A stretch of DNA of 64,000 nucleotides from an uncultured Clostridium sp. (GCA_964596175.1 CAZQTH010000002.1:2342-66341), one strand, 5' to 3'. Shown: positions 37,260-48,339, counted from the stretch's first letter. A program made the numbers and translations. The notes: generated from the letters alone by a model not told the origin.

Positions 37260-37613
37260 ATGACAGCAATATTAGCAATAGTATATATATTAATATTTCT
37301 TATATTTGCATTAGTAGCATATGCTATATTACAAATAAAGTTATTTGGAATGAAAGTAAAAGATTTTTGGTCATTTATTGAAGCAAACCAAATGCTTGAT
37401 AAATTATATAAATTTGCAAAACAATATGAGAGAATGTCACCACAAGAACAAGTAATTTATTTATCAGAAGCGGATAAAATATTTAGAGCTTTTGATAAAG
37501 TGCCAAATGAATTGTGGGAAGAAGATTATGATAAATATAAAGAAGTTTTAAATAAATATAAAGATATAAAAATGCTTAGATGGGCAGAAACATCAAAACA
37601 AAAAAACCCCTAG
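37260..37613 (+). CDS. Hypothetical small membrane protein
   Basis: One N-terminal TM helix. GAGGTG SD. Confidence 0.5.
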   Translation: MTAILAIVYILIFLIFALVAYAILQIKLFGMKVKDFWSFIEANQMLDKLYKFAKQYERMSPQEQVIYLSEADKIFRAFDKVPNELWEEDYDKYKEVLNKYKDIKMLRWAETSKQKNP

Positions 37614-37635
37614 TTTACTGATTAGTAACTAGGGG
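37607..37635 (-). terminator. Hairpin terminator for the minus-strand HD/YbaK operon (overlaps the stop codon of the + gene)
   Basis: CCCCTAGTT ... AACTAGGGG with a T-run on the minus strand (complement of the A-run at 37600..37606). Confidence 0.6.
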
Positions 37636-37690
37636 AAAATAAAGTTTAAGGAAGCAAATCTTTTGTATAAAAGACTTACAGATATATGTA

Positions 37691-38227
37691 TTAGAATTTT
37701 ATAATAAATAAACTAAAAAATATATAAGCATATCTGAAGGCTTTTTTCATTAAAAGTCTTGATTTTAAAACTTCAAAAGTTTCAGATATAGCACAATGTT
37801 TATCTACAAAAGTAAGTATAAAACCTTCTAATGACTTTGGTGGAGTTATTGTAACAGGCCACATATGACTTATAATTATATCTTTTTCTTTTTCATTTAA
37901 ATCAAATAATTTACAAGCATTTTTACATGCTAGTTTACCATGAGTGAATGCATGTAGGCCTTTTCTTTCAGGTTGCTTTTTTCTCCAATCATATAAAAAT
38001 AAATCATGAAGCATAGCAGCTCTTGTAGCAGATTTATAATCTAAATTATATTTCTTACAAATAAGATAACAATAATAAGAAACAACATAACAATGTTCAA
38101 AACAAGAAGTTTCATAATGTTGTTTAAAATTCTTCATTTTAAGGACAGTTTCATTTGTAATTAAAGGCTTTACAATTTCTTGAAATTCTGTATCATTTTT
38201 TATTAAATCTTTTAAATATTCTTTCAT
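37691..38227 (-). CDS. HD-domain phosphohydrolase
   Basis: 'CFEHCYVVS' and 'AAMLHDLFLYDW' HD motif. Confidence 0.7.
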   Translation of the reverse strand: MKEYLKDLIKNDTEFQEIVKPLITNETVLKMKNFKQHYETSCFEHCYVVSYYCYLICKKYNLDYKSATRAAMLHDLFLYDWRKKQPERKGLHAFTHGKLACKNACKLFDLNEKEKDIIISHMWPVTITPPKSLEGFILTFVDKHCAISETFEVLKSRLLMKKAFRYAYIFFSLFIIKF

Positions 38228-38239
38228 AAATTCACCTTT

Positions 38240-38716
38240 TTATAAATTTATAATCTTATAATTAAAATTTAATTTTTCTAAAAACTCTAACATATCTTTT
38301 ATTGCAATTAGAATTGTTGCAGTATTATCATTTGGGTGAAAAGCAATAAGTTTTTCATCTAAAAGTTCTTTGTCAATAAAAGTTCTTATGTCATGTTCTT
38401 TATTATTTAATAACCCAAACATAGAAACCATACCTGGAGAAACATCCATTTTTTCTTTTAATTGTTTTTCATTTGCAAAATGTAATTTATCTCCAATAAT
38501 ACTATTTATACTTTTAATATTTAACATTTTTGTATCTTTTATAATAAATAAATAAAAATTTTTATCATTTTTTCCAGCTAAAAATAAATTTTTGGCTTTA
38601 CTGCATTTTATATCTTTAACATTAAGATCTGCTTCTTCTGATGTATATACAGCTGTATGGTAAATAATGTCATATTTAATATTCAATTTATTTAAAATTT
38701 CTTTTACTTCTTCCAT
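38240..38716 (-). CDS. YbaK/ProX-type aminoacyl-tRNA deacylase domain protein
   Basis: 'KAKNLFL..KNDKNFYLFII' and 'PGMVSMFGLL' resemble the YbaK/prolyl-tRNA editing domain. Confidence 0.65.
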   Translation of the reverse strand: MEEVKEILNKLNIKYDIIYHTAVYTSEEADLNVKDIKCSKAKNLFLAGKNDKNFYLFIIKDTKMLNIKSINSIIGDKLHFANEKQLKEKMDVSPGMVSMFGLLNNKEHDIRTFIDKELLDEKLIAFHPNDNTATILIAIKDMLEFLEKLNFNYKIINL

Positions 38717-39009
38717 ATTTCTTCTAATATTAATTATAGCATAAAAGAGGTAAATAGTGCAATTAAAATGGTAAATTTGTAAAATGTTAATTTATAATAA
38801 AAATAAATAAAAAAGTAAATAATAAAAATAGACTTAATAAAAAATTAAGAATCAATATAAGCTTTGAAAACTAACGGAAATAAGCGAAAATGAAAAAATA
38901 ATATGAAAATTTGCAGGAAAATATTGCAATAATTTATAATAGATAGTATAATATTAATTGTAGCACAATAATATTAATAAGAATATTATTTATAAAGAGA
39001 GGTAGAAAA

Positions 39010-40257
39010 ATGGATTATTTATATATACTAAGAGAAGCTTTAGTATGGGTAATAGTAATATTTTGGTTATATCAAGTTTTAGTAAGTTTATGTTCTTTAG
39101 TAAAAATAAAAGATAAACCACTAAAAGTAAAAAAAGATCACAAATTTATGGCAATAATACCAGCCCATAATGAAGAAGCCGTAGTAAAAAACCTGATAGA
39201 TAGTCTTAAAGTACAGAATTACGATAAAGATTTATATGATATTTATGTAATAGCAGATAATTGTACAGATAATACAGCAAAAATTGCAAAAGAAGCAGGA
39301 GCAATAGTTTATGAAAGATTTAATCAAAGTAAGAAAACAAAAGGTTATGCATTAGATTGGTTCTTAAAACAAAAAATAGAAGAAGATGCTCCATATGATG
39401 CTTTTTTTGTATTTGATGCAGATAATATAGTGGATCCTGATTTTATAAAAAATATGAATAAACATCTTTGTCAAGGTGAAGATGTAGTACAAGGTTATAG
39501 GGATATTAAAAATCCAACGGACAATTGGATTACAGCAGGATATGCATTATTCTATTGGACAATGCATAGATTTTATCATCTAGCAAGATATAATATAGGA
39601 TTATCACCACTATTAAATGGTACAGGATTTATGGTAAGATTTGATGTTGTAAAACCACAAGGATGGGATACAGTAACATTAACAGAGGATATCGAATTTT
39701 CATTAAAAAGAATAATAAAAGGTAAAAAATTAGGTTGGGCAACAGATGCAATAGTATATGATGAGCAACCAGTTGGATTTAAACAAAGTTGGTCTCAAAG
39801 AAGTAGATGGACAGTTGGACACATGCAATGTATAAAGGAATATACAAAGGATTTAGCAGTAGCAGCTAAGGAAAATAAAACAATGATGAACTTTGATGGT
39901 TTATTATATATTGTAGGAAGTATACCAATGTTTATAATAACAATAGTTTTATTACTTACAAACTTTTTGATGTATGCGGGAAATGGAATGACACAACTAG
40001 AACTTATAGAAAACATTATAAGATATCTAGTTCCAACATTCTTATTACCAATAGGAACAGCAGCGATAGCAATGTTTCTAGATAAAAGACCGATTAAACC
40101 GATGATTAAAGGCTTAGCTTGTTATCCATTATTTATGGGTTCTTGGATATTAATAAACTTTAAATGTTTATTCAAGAGAAATACAACATGGGAGAAGATA
40201 AACCATGTAAGAGATATAAAAATTGCGGATGCAGGATTACAAGAAGAAAGAAATTAA
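39010..40257 (+). CDS. Membrane-embedded family 2 glycosyltransferase (processive, QxxRW type)
   Basis: 'AIIPAHNEE', 'VFDADN', 'TEDIEFS', 'QRSRW', flanking TM helices. Confidence 0.8.
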   Translation: MDYLYILREALVWVIVIFWLYQVLVSLCSLVKIKDKPLKVKKDHKFMAIIPAHNEEAVVKNLIDSLKVQNYDKDLYDIYVIADNCTDNTAKIAKEAGAIVYERFNQSKKTKGYALDWFLKQKIEEDAPYDAFFVFDADNIVDPDFIKNMNKHLCQGEDVVQGYRDIKNPTDNWITAGYALFYWTMHRFYHLARYNIGLSPLLNGTGFMVRFDVVKPQGWDTVTLTEDIEFSLKRIIKGKKLGWATDAIVYDEQPVGFKQSWSQRSRWTVGHMQCIKEYTKDLAVAAKENKTMMNFDGLLYIVGSIPMFIITIVLLLTNFLMYAGNGMTQLELIENIIRYLVPTFLLPIGTAAIAMFLDKRPIKPMIKGLACYPLFMGSWILINFKCLFKRNTTWEKINHVRDIKIADAGLQEERN

Positions 40258-40265
40258 CCATAAAT

Positions 40266-40291
40266 AAAGTTGGCCAAAAGCCGACTTTTTT
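40266..40291 (+). terminator. Hairpin with T-run after the GT2 gene
   Basis: AAAGTTGGC-CAAAA-GCCGACTTT followed by TTT. Confidence 0.55.
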
Positions 40292-40310
40292 ATTTTAAGG
40301 AGAAAAGAGT

Positions 40311-41798
40311 ATGGAAAAAAAAGGAGTATTAAAAAAATTAAGAAAAGAAAATATATTACATATAGGATTAATAATTCTAGGTACAATATTTTTATTGATA
40401 CCTGCGTTTCATAGCAATATTTGGTTTGATGAATCATATAGTGTTGCTATTGCAAACCATTCATTTAGTGAAATATGGACAATAGGAAGCTATGATGTAC
40501 ATCCAATATTATATTACTGGATGTTAAAAGTTTTGAATTTGATATTTGGACAAAATATAATTGTATATAGATTATTTTCAGTATTAGGAATAATAGTGCT
40601 TGGAATATTAGGACTAACACATATTAAAAAAGATTTTGGAAAAACAGTAGGATTACTTTTTACATTTTTTTGTTTTTTCTTACCAACAATGTTAAATTAT
40701 GCTTTAGAGATAAGAATGTATTCTTGGACAATGGCATTTGTAACATTAATGGCTATATATTCATATAGATTTATAAAATATAAAAAAACAAAGGATTTAA
40801 TATTATTTGGAATATTTAGTATAATTAGTTGCTATATGCATTATTATGCTTTAGCTGCAGCAGGAATTATAAATTTAGGATTAATAATATATGTAATAAA
40901 AAGTAAAGCAAAAATAGCAAATAGTACAATTAGAAATTTTATAATAATAGAGATACTTCAAGTATTACTTTACTTACCTTGGTTTATTGTATTTGTAGCA
41001 CAAGTATTTAGAGTAGGAAGTGGTTTTTGGATAACATTAGAATTCCCACAAATTATCTATGATTTGTTAGATTTTCAATTTAGAGGAAATTTGGAACAAG
41101 CATTACCACTTACATTATCTATTTTATTATACGTATATTTAATATATATCATAGTAAAAAATATAAGAAAAAAAGAAGATATAAAAGAAGGAATAATACC
41201 AATAGCAATATATATAATTATAATAATTGTAATGGCATTAATATCTATAATAACACCAATACTTTATGAAAGATATTTATTCACAATAACAGGATTATTA
41301 TTATTTGGAATTTGTTATTTCTTAGCAAAAGAAAATAATAAATTTATAATAGGGTTAATATGTGGAGCTGTTTTGGTATTATCAATATACAATTTAATAG
41401 AAAATATAAATGCAAATTATGATGAGTCAAATGAAGCTCCAATAGAATATTTAAGAGAAAACTTACAAGAAAATGATATATTAATTTATTCAGATATAGG
41501 AAATGGAGGAGTTACAGCAGCATTCTTAAATGAGAATAAACAGTATTTTATAAATTTAGGAAATTGGTCAATAGAAGAAGCATATAAAGCATATGCACCA
41601 CAAATGGAAATAGTGTCAAGTATAGAAGAAGCAATTGAAAATGCAGAAGAAAGAATAATTATAGTTGATACAGCAGATTTAGCATTATATAATCAAATAA
41701 AAGATAATCCTGAATACAAAACAGTTTCAATAGAAAAATTTGAAACAAAATACCATAATTATATATATAATATGATTATATTAGAAAAAAACGAGTAG
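40311..41798 (+). CDS. GT-C fold (ArnT/PMT-like, GT39/83-type) polytopic glycosyltransferase
   Basis: About 11 predicted TM helices, first-loop 'WFDESYS' acidic motif, soluble C-terminal domain. Confidence 0.6.
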   Translation: MEKKGVLKKLRKENILHIGLIILGTIFLLIPAFHSNIWFDESYSVAIANHSFSEIWTIGSYDVHPILYYWMLKVLNLIFGQNIIVYRLFSVLGIIVLGILGLTHIKKDFGKTVGLLFTFFCFFLPTMLNYALEIRMYSWTMAFVTLMAIYSYRFIKYKKTKDLILFGIFSIISCYMHYYALAAAGIINLGLIIYVIKSKAKIANSTIRNFIIIEILQVLLYLPWFIVFVAQVFRVGSGFWITLEFPQIIYDLLDFQFRGNLEQALPLTLSILLYVYLIYIIVKNIRKKEDIKEGIIPIAIYIIIIIVMALISIITPILYERYLFTITGLLLFGICYFLAKENNKFIIGLICGAVLVLSIYNLIENINANYDESNEAPIEYLRENLQENDILIYSDIGNGGVTAAFLNENKQYFINLGNWSIEEAYKAYAPQMEIVSSIEEAIENAEERIIIVDTADLALYNQIKDNPEYKTVSIEKFETKYHNYIYNMIILEKNE

Positions 41799-41841
41799 AA
41801 TAATAAACGATGCGAAATGAGAAAAAAAATTAGTAAAAAGC

Positions 41842-41870
41842 TTGCATTTATACCAAAAATTGGGTATAAT
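41842..41870 (+). promoter_or_regulatory. Strong SigA-type promoter of the rimP-nusA-infB operon
   Basis: -35 TTGCAT (41842..41847), 17-nt spacer, -10 TATAAT (41865..41870). Confidence 0.6.
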
Positions 41871-41896
41871 AATATAGGTAACTTGATGAATAACAG

Positions 41897-41921
41897 AAGA
41901 GTGGGAACAAATCCCACTCTT
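41897..41921 (+). promoter_or_regulatory. Leader hairpin (candidate NusA-responsive attenuator)
   Basis: AAGAGTGGGA-ACAAA-TCCCACTCTT between the promoter and the rimP SD. Confidence 0.4.
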
Positions 41922-41948
41922 GATTAGTATAAAAGGGAGAGTGATACT

Positions 41949-42407
41949 TTGTCAAAAGTAGAGGAAAAAGTAGAAAGTTTAATAAAGAAAAAAATAGAAG
42001 ATTTAGGTTATGAACTGTATGATGTAGAATATAGTAAAGAAGGGAAAGATTATTACTTGAATATTTATATAGATAGTACTAAAGGGATAGACCTAAATGA
42101 TTGTGAAAAAGTAAACAACGAAATAAATCCTTTACTAGATTCAGAGGACTTCATAAAAGATAGTTACTTTTTAGTAGTATCTTCACCAGGAGTGGAAAGA
42201 GTACTTAGAAAAGATAAACATTTAGAGGATAATTTAGAATCAGAAGTAAATGTGAAATTATTTAAAAAAGATGACTTAGGAAAAAAAGAACATAGGGGAA
42301 TATTAAAAAGTTTTAATAGAGATGAAATTATACTAGAAGTAGAAGAAAACGAAATAAAAGTAGAAAGAAAGAATATAGCACAAATAAAAACTGTTTATAA
42401 TTGGTAA
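41949..42407 (+). CDS. rimP: Ribosome maturation factor RimP
   Basis: TTG start after AAAGGGAGAG. 'LGYELYDVEYSKEGKDYYLNIYID' and 'VSSPGVERVLRK'. Confidence 0.9.
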   Translation: MSKVEEKVESLIKKKIEDLGYELYDVEYSKEGKDYYLNIYIDSTKGIDLNDCEKVNNEINPLLDSEDFIKDSYFLVVSSPGVERVLRKDKHLEDNLESEVNVKLFKKDDLGKKEHRGILKSFNRDEIILEVEENEIKVERKNIAQIKTVYNW

Positions 42408-42421
42408 GGAGGAATATAAAA

Positions 42422-43540
42422 ATGAAAGAACCAGCTATAGATAATAAAGAATTAATCTTAGCATTAGAAGAGTTAGAAAAAGAAAAAGGAATGAACAAGG
42501 ACTATATTTTAGACTCAATAGAAACAGCATTAGTTACAGCATATAAGAGAAATTTTGATTCTCTTGAAAATGTAAAAGTAGTTATGGATAGAAAAACAGG
42601 ATCAACACATGTATATTCAGTAAAACAAGTAGTTAAAAAAGTAGAAAATCCAGAAACAGAAATAAGCTTAAAAGAAGCACAAAAAATAACACCAGACTTA
42701 AATGAAGGGGACTCAGTAGATATAGAAATAGTACCAAGAAATTTTGGTAGAATAGCAGCACAAACTGCAAAACAAGTAATAATTCAAAAGTTAAGAGAAG
42801 CAGAAAGAGAAATTGTTTATAATGAGTTTAATGATAGAAAAGGTGAAATAGTATCAGGAATAATCCAAAAAGCTGATAAAAATATAGTTGTAATGGACTT
42901 AGGAAAATTAGAAGGAGTAATGCCAACTAAAGAGCAAATACCTACAGAACATTATAGAGTAAATGATAAAATAAAAGGATATGTGCTAGATGTAGAAAAA
43001 GGACAAAAAGGAGCTCCACAAGTAATAGTATCAAGAAGTCATCCTGACTTCGTAAGAAAATTATTAGAATTTGAAATACCAGAAATATATGAAGGTGTAA
43101 TAGAAATAAAAAGTGTTTCAAGAGACCCAGGATATAGAAGTAAAGTTGCAGTATATTCGCCAGATCCTAACATAGATCCAGTAGGTTCTTGTGTAGGACA
43201 AAAAGGTGTTAGAATCCAAAATATAATAAATGAATTAAACGGAGAAAAAATAGATGTTATAGAATGGAATGAAGATCCATCAATATATATTGCAGCAAGC
43301 TTACTTCCAGCACAAGTATTAGCAGTAGATGTAAAACCAGAAGAAAACTTTGCACAAGTAATTGTTCCAGATAATCAATTATCTTTAGCAATTGGAAAAT
43401 CAGGACAAAATGCAAGATTAGCAGCAAGGTTAACTAATTGGAAAATAGATATAAAATCAGAATCACAATTTAGAAATATGCTTATGGAAAGCCAAGAAAA
43501 TATAGAAAAAGAAACAAAAGAAGAAGAAAATGCAGAATAA
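42422..43540 (+). CDS. nusA: Transcription termination/antitermination factor NusA
   Basis: ATG 42422 after AAGGAGG. S1 domain and two KH domains ('GSCVGQKGVRIQNI', 'AIGKSGQNARLAARL'). Confidence 0.95.
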   Translation: MKEPAIDNKELILALEELEKEKGMNKDYILDSIETALVTAYKRNFDSLENVKVVMDRKTGSTHVYSVKQVVKKVENPETEISLKEAQKITPDLNEGDSVDIEIVPRNFGRIAAQTAKQVIIQKLREAEREIVYNEFNDRKGEIVSGIIQKADKNIVVMDLGKLEGVMPTKEQIPTEHYRVNDKIKGYVLDVEKGQKGAPQVIVSRSHPDFVRKLLEFEIPEIYEGVIEIKSVSRDPGYRSKVAVYSPDPNIDPVGSCVGQKGVRIQNIINELNGEKIDVIEWNEDPSIYIAASLLPAQVLAVDVKPEENFAQVIVPDNQLSLAIGKSGQNARLAARLTNWKIDIKSESQFRNMLMESQENIEKETKEEENAE

Positions 43541-43577
43541 AATGAAAAACTAAACATAAAATAGAAAGGGGAATAAT

Positions 43578-43838
43578 ATGAATAAGCCACCAGAAAGAAC
43601 TTGTATGGGGTGTAACATAAAAAAGCCCAAAAAAGAATTTATAAGAATTGTTAAGAATAAGGAAAATGAAATAAATATAGATAGAACAGGAAAATTACCA
43701 GGTAGAGGAGCATATATTTGTGACAATATAGAATGTTTGGAAAAAGTAATAAAATCAAAAAGATTAGAAAAAGTATTTGATAGTAAAATATCAGATGAAA
43801 TTTATGAAAAATTAAGAGGTGTAATACTTGATAAATAA
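43578..43838 (+). CDS. ylxR: YlxR/RnpM (DUF448) RNA-binding protein
   Basis: 'ERTCMGCNIKKPKKEFIRIV' and 'GRGAYIC'. Confidence 0.9.
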   Translation: MNKPPERTCMGCNIKKPKKEFIRIVKNKENEINIDRTGKLPGRGAYICDNIECLEKVIKSKRLEKVFDSKISDEIYEKLRGVILDK

Positions 43839-44148
43839 AAAAATATTAGGATTAATAGGATTAGCCACAAGAGCAAGAAAGGTTTGCTTTGGTGCAGATA
43901 GTGTAGAAGAAAAAATAAATAGGAAAAAAGTAAAATTACTTATTATAGCAGAAGATGCATCAGATAGGACAAAAGATAAATTTAAGAAAATAGCAGAAAA
44001 AGAAAATGTACCAATAATAATTATCGCAAACATAGAAAATTTAAGTAAAGCAATCGGTAAATCAAATAAAGCAATAATAGGAATAGAAGATATAAATTTA
44101 TCTAATGAAATTCAAAGAATAAATAATGGGGGTGAAGTTATTGGGTAA
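43828..44148 (+). CDS. ylxQ: L7Ae-family ribosome-associated protein YlxQ
   Basis: TTG start. '[16 protein letters not shown]' and '[13 protein letters not shown]'. Confidence 0.8.
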   Translation: MINKKILGLIGLATRARKVCFGADSVEEKINRKKVKLLIIAEDASDRTKDKFKKIAEKENVPIIIIANIENLSKAIGKSNKAIIGIEDINLSNEIQRINNGGEVIG

Positions 44149-46960
44149 GATAAAAATATACGAGATATCAAAAAAATTAGGACTTACCAGTAAAGAGGTA
44201 TTAGATGTTGCACAAAAATTAAATATTGACGTTAAAAGCCATTTGAGTGGAATAGATGAAGATGAGGCAAGAAAAATAGAAGAAGCTCTAATTGGAAATA
44301 AACCAAGAAAACAAGAAAAGAAACAAGTGGCTAATAAAGGAAAAACAGAAGCAAAAAAAGAAGAAAAAGCACCTGTTATTATTAGAAGAGAAGTAATTAT
44401 ATCAGAAGAAGATGAAAAAGCAAAGAAAAAAGAATTAGAGAAAAAACAAGAAAAGAAAAATAATGTTGGTTTTGTCGAGAGAAAACAAAACAAAGATTAT
44501 AATATTGTATATAGAAACAAACAAAGCAAACCAATGACAGTAAGTGAATTATTCGGTTTAAATAAACAAGAACCTAAAGAAGAAATAAAAGAAAATAAAC
44601 AAGTAAATAATGATGTAAAAAAAGAAGAGATAAAACAAGAAGTTAAGCCAAAAGATGAAGAAAGAGTTATTGATAAAGAGCCTTCTGTCAATAAAGAAAT
44701 AAAGGGAAATAAAGACAATAAGCAAAATAAAAATAATAACCAAAGTGGAAATTACTATAAAAATAACAGAAATGATAATCGTTTTAACAATAGTAATAAT
44801 AGATATAATAATAAAAATAACAATAACAGTAGAAATAGTGGATATTCTGGAAAAAAACCATTAGATGCAAAAGGAATAGAGAAAAACATCAAAAACATCA
44901 TGTCTCAAGAAACTGGAGAAAAAGAACAAGTAAGAGAATATAATAGAGGATTAGATAAACAAAAAAACAATAATCGTTTTGAAGAAAGTAATAAAAATAA
45001 AAAAAATAAATCAAGAAGAAATAGTCATAGTAATGACTTTGATGAAGGAAAGCTAAAATCATTAAAACAAGCAAGCAGATTATCAAATATGTTTGATGAT
45101 CAGGACGGAGGTATGCTTGATTACTATGATTTAACAACAGAACGCGGAAGAAGAGGAAAGAAAAGAAAAAATCAAAATCAAGAGGAAAGGAATAAACAAA
45201 AAATATTTAAGCTAACAGAAATAGAAATACCAGAGAGTATTACAGTAAAAGATTTAGCAGCTGAAATGAAGAAGACAACAGCTGATGTAATTAAAAAATT
45301 ATTAGGTTATGGAATAATGGCAACAATAAATCAAGAAATAGATTTTGATACAGCTTATTTAATAGCCCAAGAATTTGGAATTAATGCTAAGAAAAAAGAA
45401 GTTGTAACAGATGAAGAAATTTTATTTGATGAATCTGAAGATAAGGAAGAAGATTTAGTTACAAGACCACCAGTTATTGTTGTTATGGGACACGTAGATC
45501 ATGGAAAAACTTCACTTCTAGATACAATAAGAAAAACAAATGTTATTGAAGGTGAAGCAGGAGGAATTACTCAAGCAATTGGTGCCTATAAAGTTAAAGT
45601 AAATGATAGAGAAATAACTTTCTTAGATACACCTGGACATGAAGCTTTTACTGCAATGAGAGCAAGAGGTGCTCAAATTACAGATATAGCAATACTAGTA
45701 GTTGCTGCAAATGATGGTGTAATGCCTCAAACAATTGAAGCTATTAACCACGCTAAATCAGCAGGTATTCCAATAATAGTTGCAATAAATAAGATAGATT
45801 TACCAGATGCAAATCCAGATAAAGTAAAACAAGAACTAATGGCATATGACTTAGTACCAGAAGAATGGGGTGGAGATACTATATTTGTTCCAATATCAGC
45901 AAAAAATGGTACAAATATTGACCAATTATTAGAAATGGTATTATTAGAAGCAGATATGCTAGAATTAAAAGCTAATCCTAAGAAACAAGCAAAAGGAACT
46001 GTAATAGAAGCAAAACTAGATAAAGCAAGAGGAGCAGTTGCAACAATGCTTGTACAAAGAGGAACTTTAGATATGGGAGATACTATAGTTGTTGGTTCTT
46101 CTATTGGTAGAATAAGAGCAATGAGAGATGATAAAGGAAGATCTGTAAAATCTGCAGGACCTTCTACACCAGTAGAAATAATGGGATTAACAGAAGTTCC
46201 AGAAGCAGGAGAGACTTTCTATGAAGTAAAAAATGAAAAGGTAGCAAAACACTTGATAGAAAGAAGAAAAAATCAAGCAAGAGAAAAATCAATAAATCAA
46301 ACTACAAAAGTTACATTAGATAATTTGTTTAGCCAAATGGAAGAAGGAAAACTAAAAGTATTAAACTTGATAGTTAAAGCAGATGTTCAAGGATCAGTAG
46401 AAGCTGTAAAACAATCTTTAGAAAAACTTGAAAATGAAGAAGTTAAAGTAAAAGTAATACATGCAGCAGTAGGTGCAGTAAATCAGTCAGATGTAACTTT
46501 AGCAAAAGTTTCAAATGCCATTATAATTGCATTTAATGTAAGACCTGATAATGTAGCAAAAGAAGAAGCAAAGAAAGATGAAGTAGAAATAAAACAATAT
46601 TCTGTAATTTACCAAGCAATAGAAGATGTAGAAAATGCAATGAAAGGAATGCTTGAGCCAAAATATGAAGAAAGAGTAATAGGAAATGTAGAAGTTAGAC
46701 AAACATTTAGAATTTCAAATGTGGGAACAATTGCAGGATGTTATGTATTATCAGGAAAAGTAGAAAGAAATGCAGGTGTAAGAATAATAAGTTATAAAGT
46801 AGTTAATCATGATGGAAAATTAGCAACATTAAAAAGAATTAAAGATGACGTTAAAGAAGTTGGAAAAGGTTTTGAATGTGGAATGCAAATTGAAAATTAC
46901 AATGACATAAAAGAAGGAGATCAAATAGAAGTATATGTTATGGAAGAAATAAAAAGATAG
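44141..46960 (+). CDS. infB: Translation initiation factor IF-2
   Basis: '[11 protein letters not shown]' N-terminus. G domain '[12 protein letters not shown]', 'DTPGHEAF', 'NKID'. In-frame TTG 44141 follows a GGGGGTGA SD; the track start is ATG 44126. Confidence 0.95.
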   Translation: MGKIKIYEISKKLGLTSKEVLDVAQKLNIDVKSHLSGIDEDEARKIEEALIGNKPRKQEKKQVANKGKTEAKKEEKAPVIIRREVIISEEDEKAKKKELEKKQEKKNNVGFVERKQNKDYNIVYRNKQSKPMTVSELFGLNKQEPKEEIKENKQVNNDVKKEEIKQEVKPKDEERVIDKEPSVNKEIKGNKDNKQNKNNNQSGNYYKNNRNDNRFNNSNNRYNNKNNNNSRNSGYSGKKPLDAKGIEKNIKNIMSQETGEKEQVREYNRGLDKQKNNNRFEESNKNKKNKSRRNSHSNDFDEGKLKSLKQASRLSNMFDDQDGGMLDYYDLTTERGRRGKKRKNQNQEERNKQKIFKLTEIEIPESITVKDLAAEMKKTTADVIKKLLGYGIMATINQEIDFDTAYLIAQEFGINAKKKEVVTDEEILFDESEDKEEDLVTRPPVIVVMGHVDHGKTSLLDTIRKTNVIEGEAGGITQAIGAYKVKVNDREITFLDTPGHEAFTAMRARGAQITDIAILVVAANDGVMPQTIEAINHAKSAGIPIIVAINKIDLPDANPDKVKQELMAYDLVPEEWGGDTIFVPISAKNGTNIDQLLEMVLLEADMLELKANPKKQAKGTVIEAKLDKARGAVATMLVQRGTLDMGDTIVVGSSIGRIRAMRDDKGRSVKSAGPSTPVEIMGLTEVPEAGETFYEVKNEKVAKHLIERRKNQAREKSINQTTKVTLDNLFSQMEEGKLKVLNLIVKADVQGSVEAVKQSLEKLENEEVKVKVIHAAVGAVNQSDVTLAKVSNAIIIAFNVRPDNVAKEEAKKDEVEIKQYSVIYQAIEDVENAMKGMLEPKYEERVIGNVEVRQTFRISNVGTIAGCYVLSGKVERNAGVRIISYKVVNHDGKLATLKRIKDDVKEVGKGFECGMQIENYNDIKEGDQIEVYVMEEIKR

Positions 46961-47017
46961 TATAAAATAACCATTATAAGATTAGACATCCTTTTTCTCT
47001 ATATAAGGAGGGATAAA

Positions 47018-47389
47018 ATGCCAGAAAGTAAAAGTAGATTAGAAAGAATTAACGAAGAATATAAAAAAGAAATCAGCCAAATTATAAACTATGAATTAAA
47101 AAATCCAAATGCAACGGGAATGATTAGTGTAACTAGAGTAAAAGTTACAAATGATTTGAAATTTGCAAAAGTAGCTGTAAGCATTTTAAATGCAAAAGAT
47201 GTAAAAGAAACATTAGCAGTTTTAAAAAAATCATCTGGATTTATTCGTAGTGAACTTGCAAGAAGAGTAAATCTTAGAAATACTCCAGAGATTATATTTG
47301 AATTAGATGATTCTATGGAATATGGAGCAAGAATTGATAGTATATTAAAAAAGATAATGCCAAAAAAGGAAGAAGAGGAGAATAAATAA
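47018..47389 (+). CDS. rbfA: Ribosome-binding factor A
   Basis: 'RLERINEEYKKEISQII', 'ISVTRVKVTNDLKFAKV', 'LRNTPEIIFELD'. Confidence 0.95.
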   Translation: MPESKSRLERINEEYKKEISQIINYELKNPNATGMISVTRVKVTNDLKFAKVAVSILNAKDVKETLAVLKKSSGFIRSELARRVNLRNTPEIIFELDDSMEYGARIDSILKKIMPKKEEEENK

Positions 47390-48339
47390 TGACTTTAGAT
47401 GAAATTTTAGAAGAAATAAAAAAAGCAGAAAGCATTGTTTTATTAACCCATGAAACACCAGATGGAGATGCAATTGGAAGTAGCTTAGGAATGAAACTTG
47501 CTTTAGAAAAGTTAGGAAAAAATCCAGATTTAATTATGTCTAAATATGCAAGAACATTTGATTTTTTACCAAAAGCCGATGAAATACTATCTGAAAGTAA
47601 TATAAAAACTTATGATTTGGCAATAAGCTTAGACTGTGCTACTTTAAAAAGATTAGATAATAAAGAATATTTTGAGAATAGCAAAAAAACAATTGTAATA
47701 GATCATCATGGAAGTAATAATATGTATGGAGATATAAATTATGTAAATCCAGTATCACCAGCATGTAGTGAAATCTTACTTAGTATGTTTTCTTATTATG
47801 GAATAAATGTAGATGAAAAAATAGGAACATGCTTAATGACAGGAATAATTACAGATACAGGTGGTTTACAATATCCTGCTACAACAGCAGATACTTTCGA
47901 ATATGCTGCAGAATTACTTAGAAAAGGTGTTAATATAGCAGATATCTGTAAAAAGACTCTTCAAACTAGAACAAAAGCTAATTTTGAGTTGCAAAAAAGA
48001 GTGATGGATAGAATGGAAATTTTAGAAAATGGAAAGGTTGCTTTTTCTTATATTGATCAAAAAGATTTAGATGACGTAAATGCAGAAGAAGGAGATCATG
48101 AAGGATTAGTAAACATTGGAAGAAGTATTGAAGATGTTGAAGTTTCCATATTTATTAGGCAAAAAGATAACGAAAATGCTTATAAAGTTTCTATGCGTTC
48201 AGGAGAATATGTTAATGTTTCTGATGTATGTTTAATGTTTGGTGGTGGAGGACACCCAAGAGCAGCAGGAGCATTAGTTCAAGGAAAAGTAGAGCAGATT
48301 AAAGAAAAACTTTTAAATGAAGTAAGAAAATATTTATAG
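47389..48339 (+). CDS. nrnA: DHH/DHHA1 phosphoesterase NrnA (oligoribonuclease/pAp phosphatase)
   Basis: 'THETPDGDAIGS', 'VIDHH', 'GGGGHPRAAG'. Confidence 0.9.
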   Translation: MTLDEILEEIKKAESIVLLTHETPDGDAIGSSLGMKLALEKLGKNPDLIMSKYARTFDFLPKADEILSESNIKTYDLAISLDCATLKRLDNKEYFENSKKTIVIDHHGSNNMYGDINYVNPVSPACSEILLSMFSYYGINVDEKIGTCLMTGIITDTGGLQYPATTADTFEYAAELLRKGVNIADICKKTLQTRTKANFELQKRVMDRMEILENGKVAFSYIDQKDLDDVNAEEGDHEGLVNIGRSIEDVEVSIFIRQKDNENAYKVSMRSGEYVNVSDVCLMFGGGGHPRAAGALVQGKVEQIKEKLLNEVRKYL

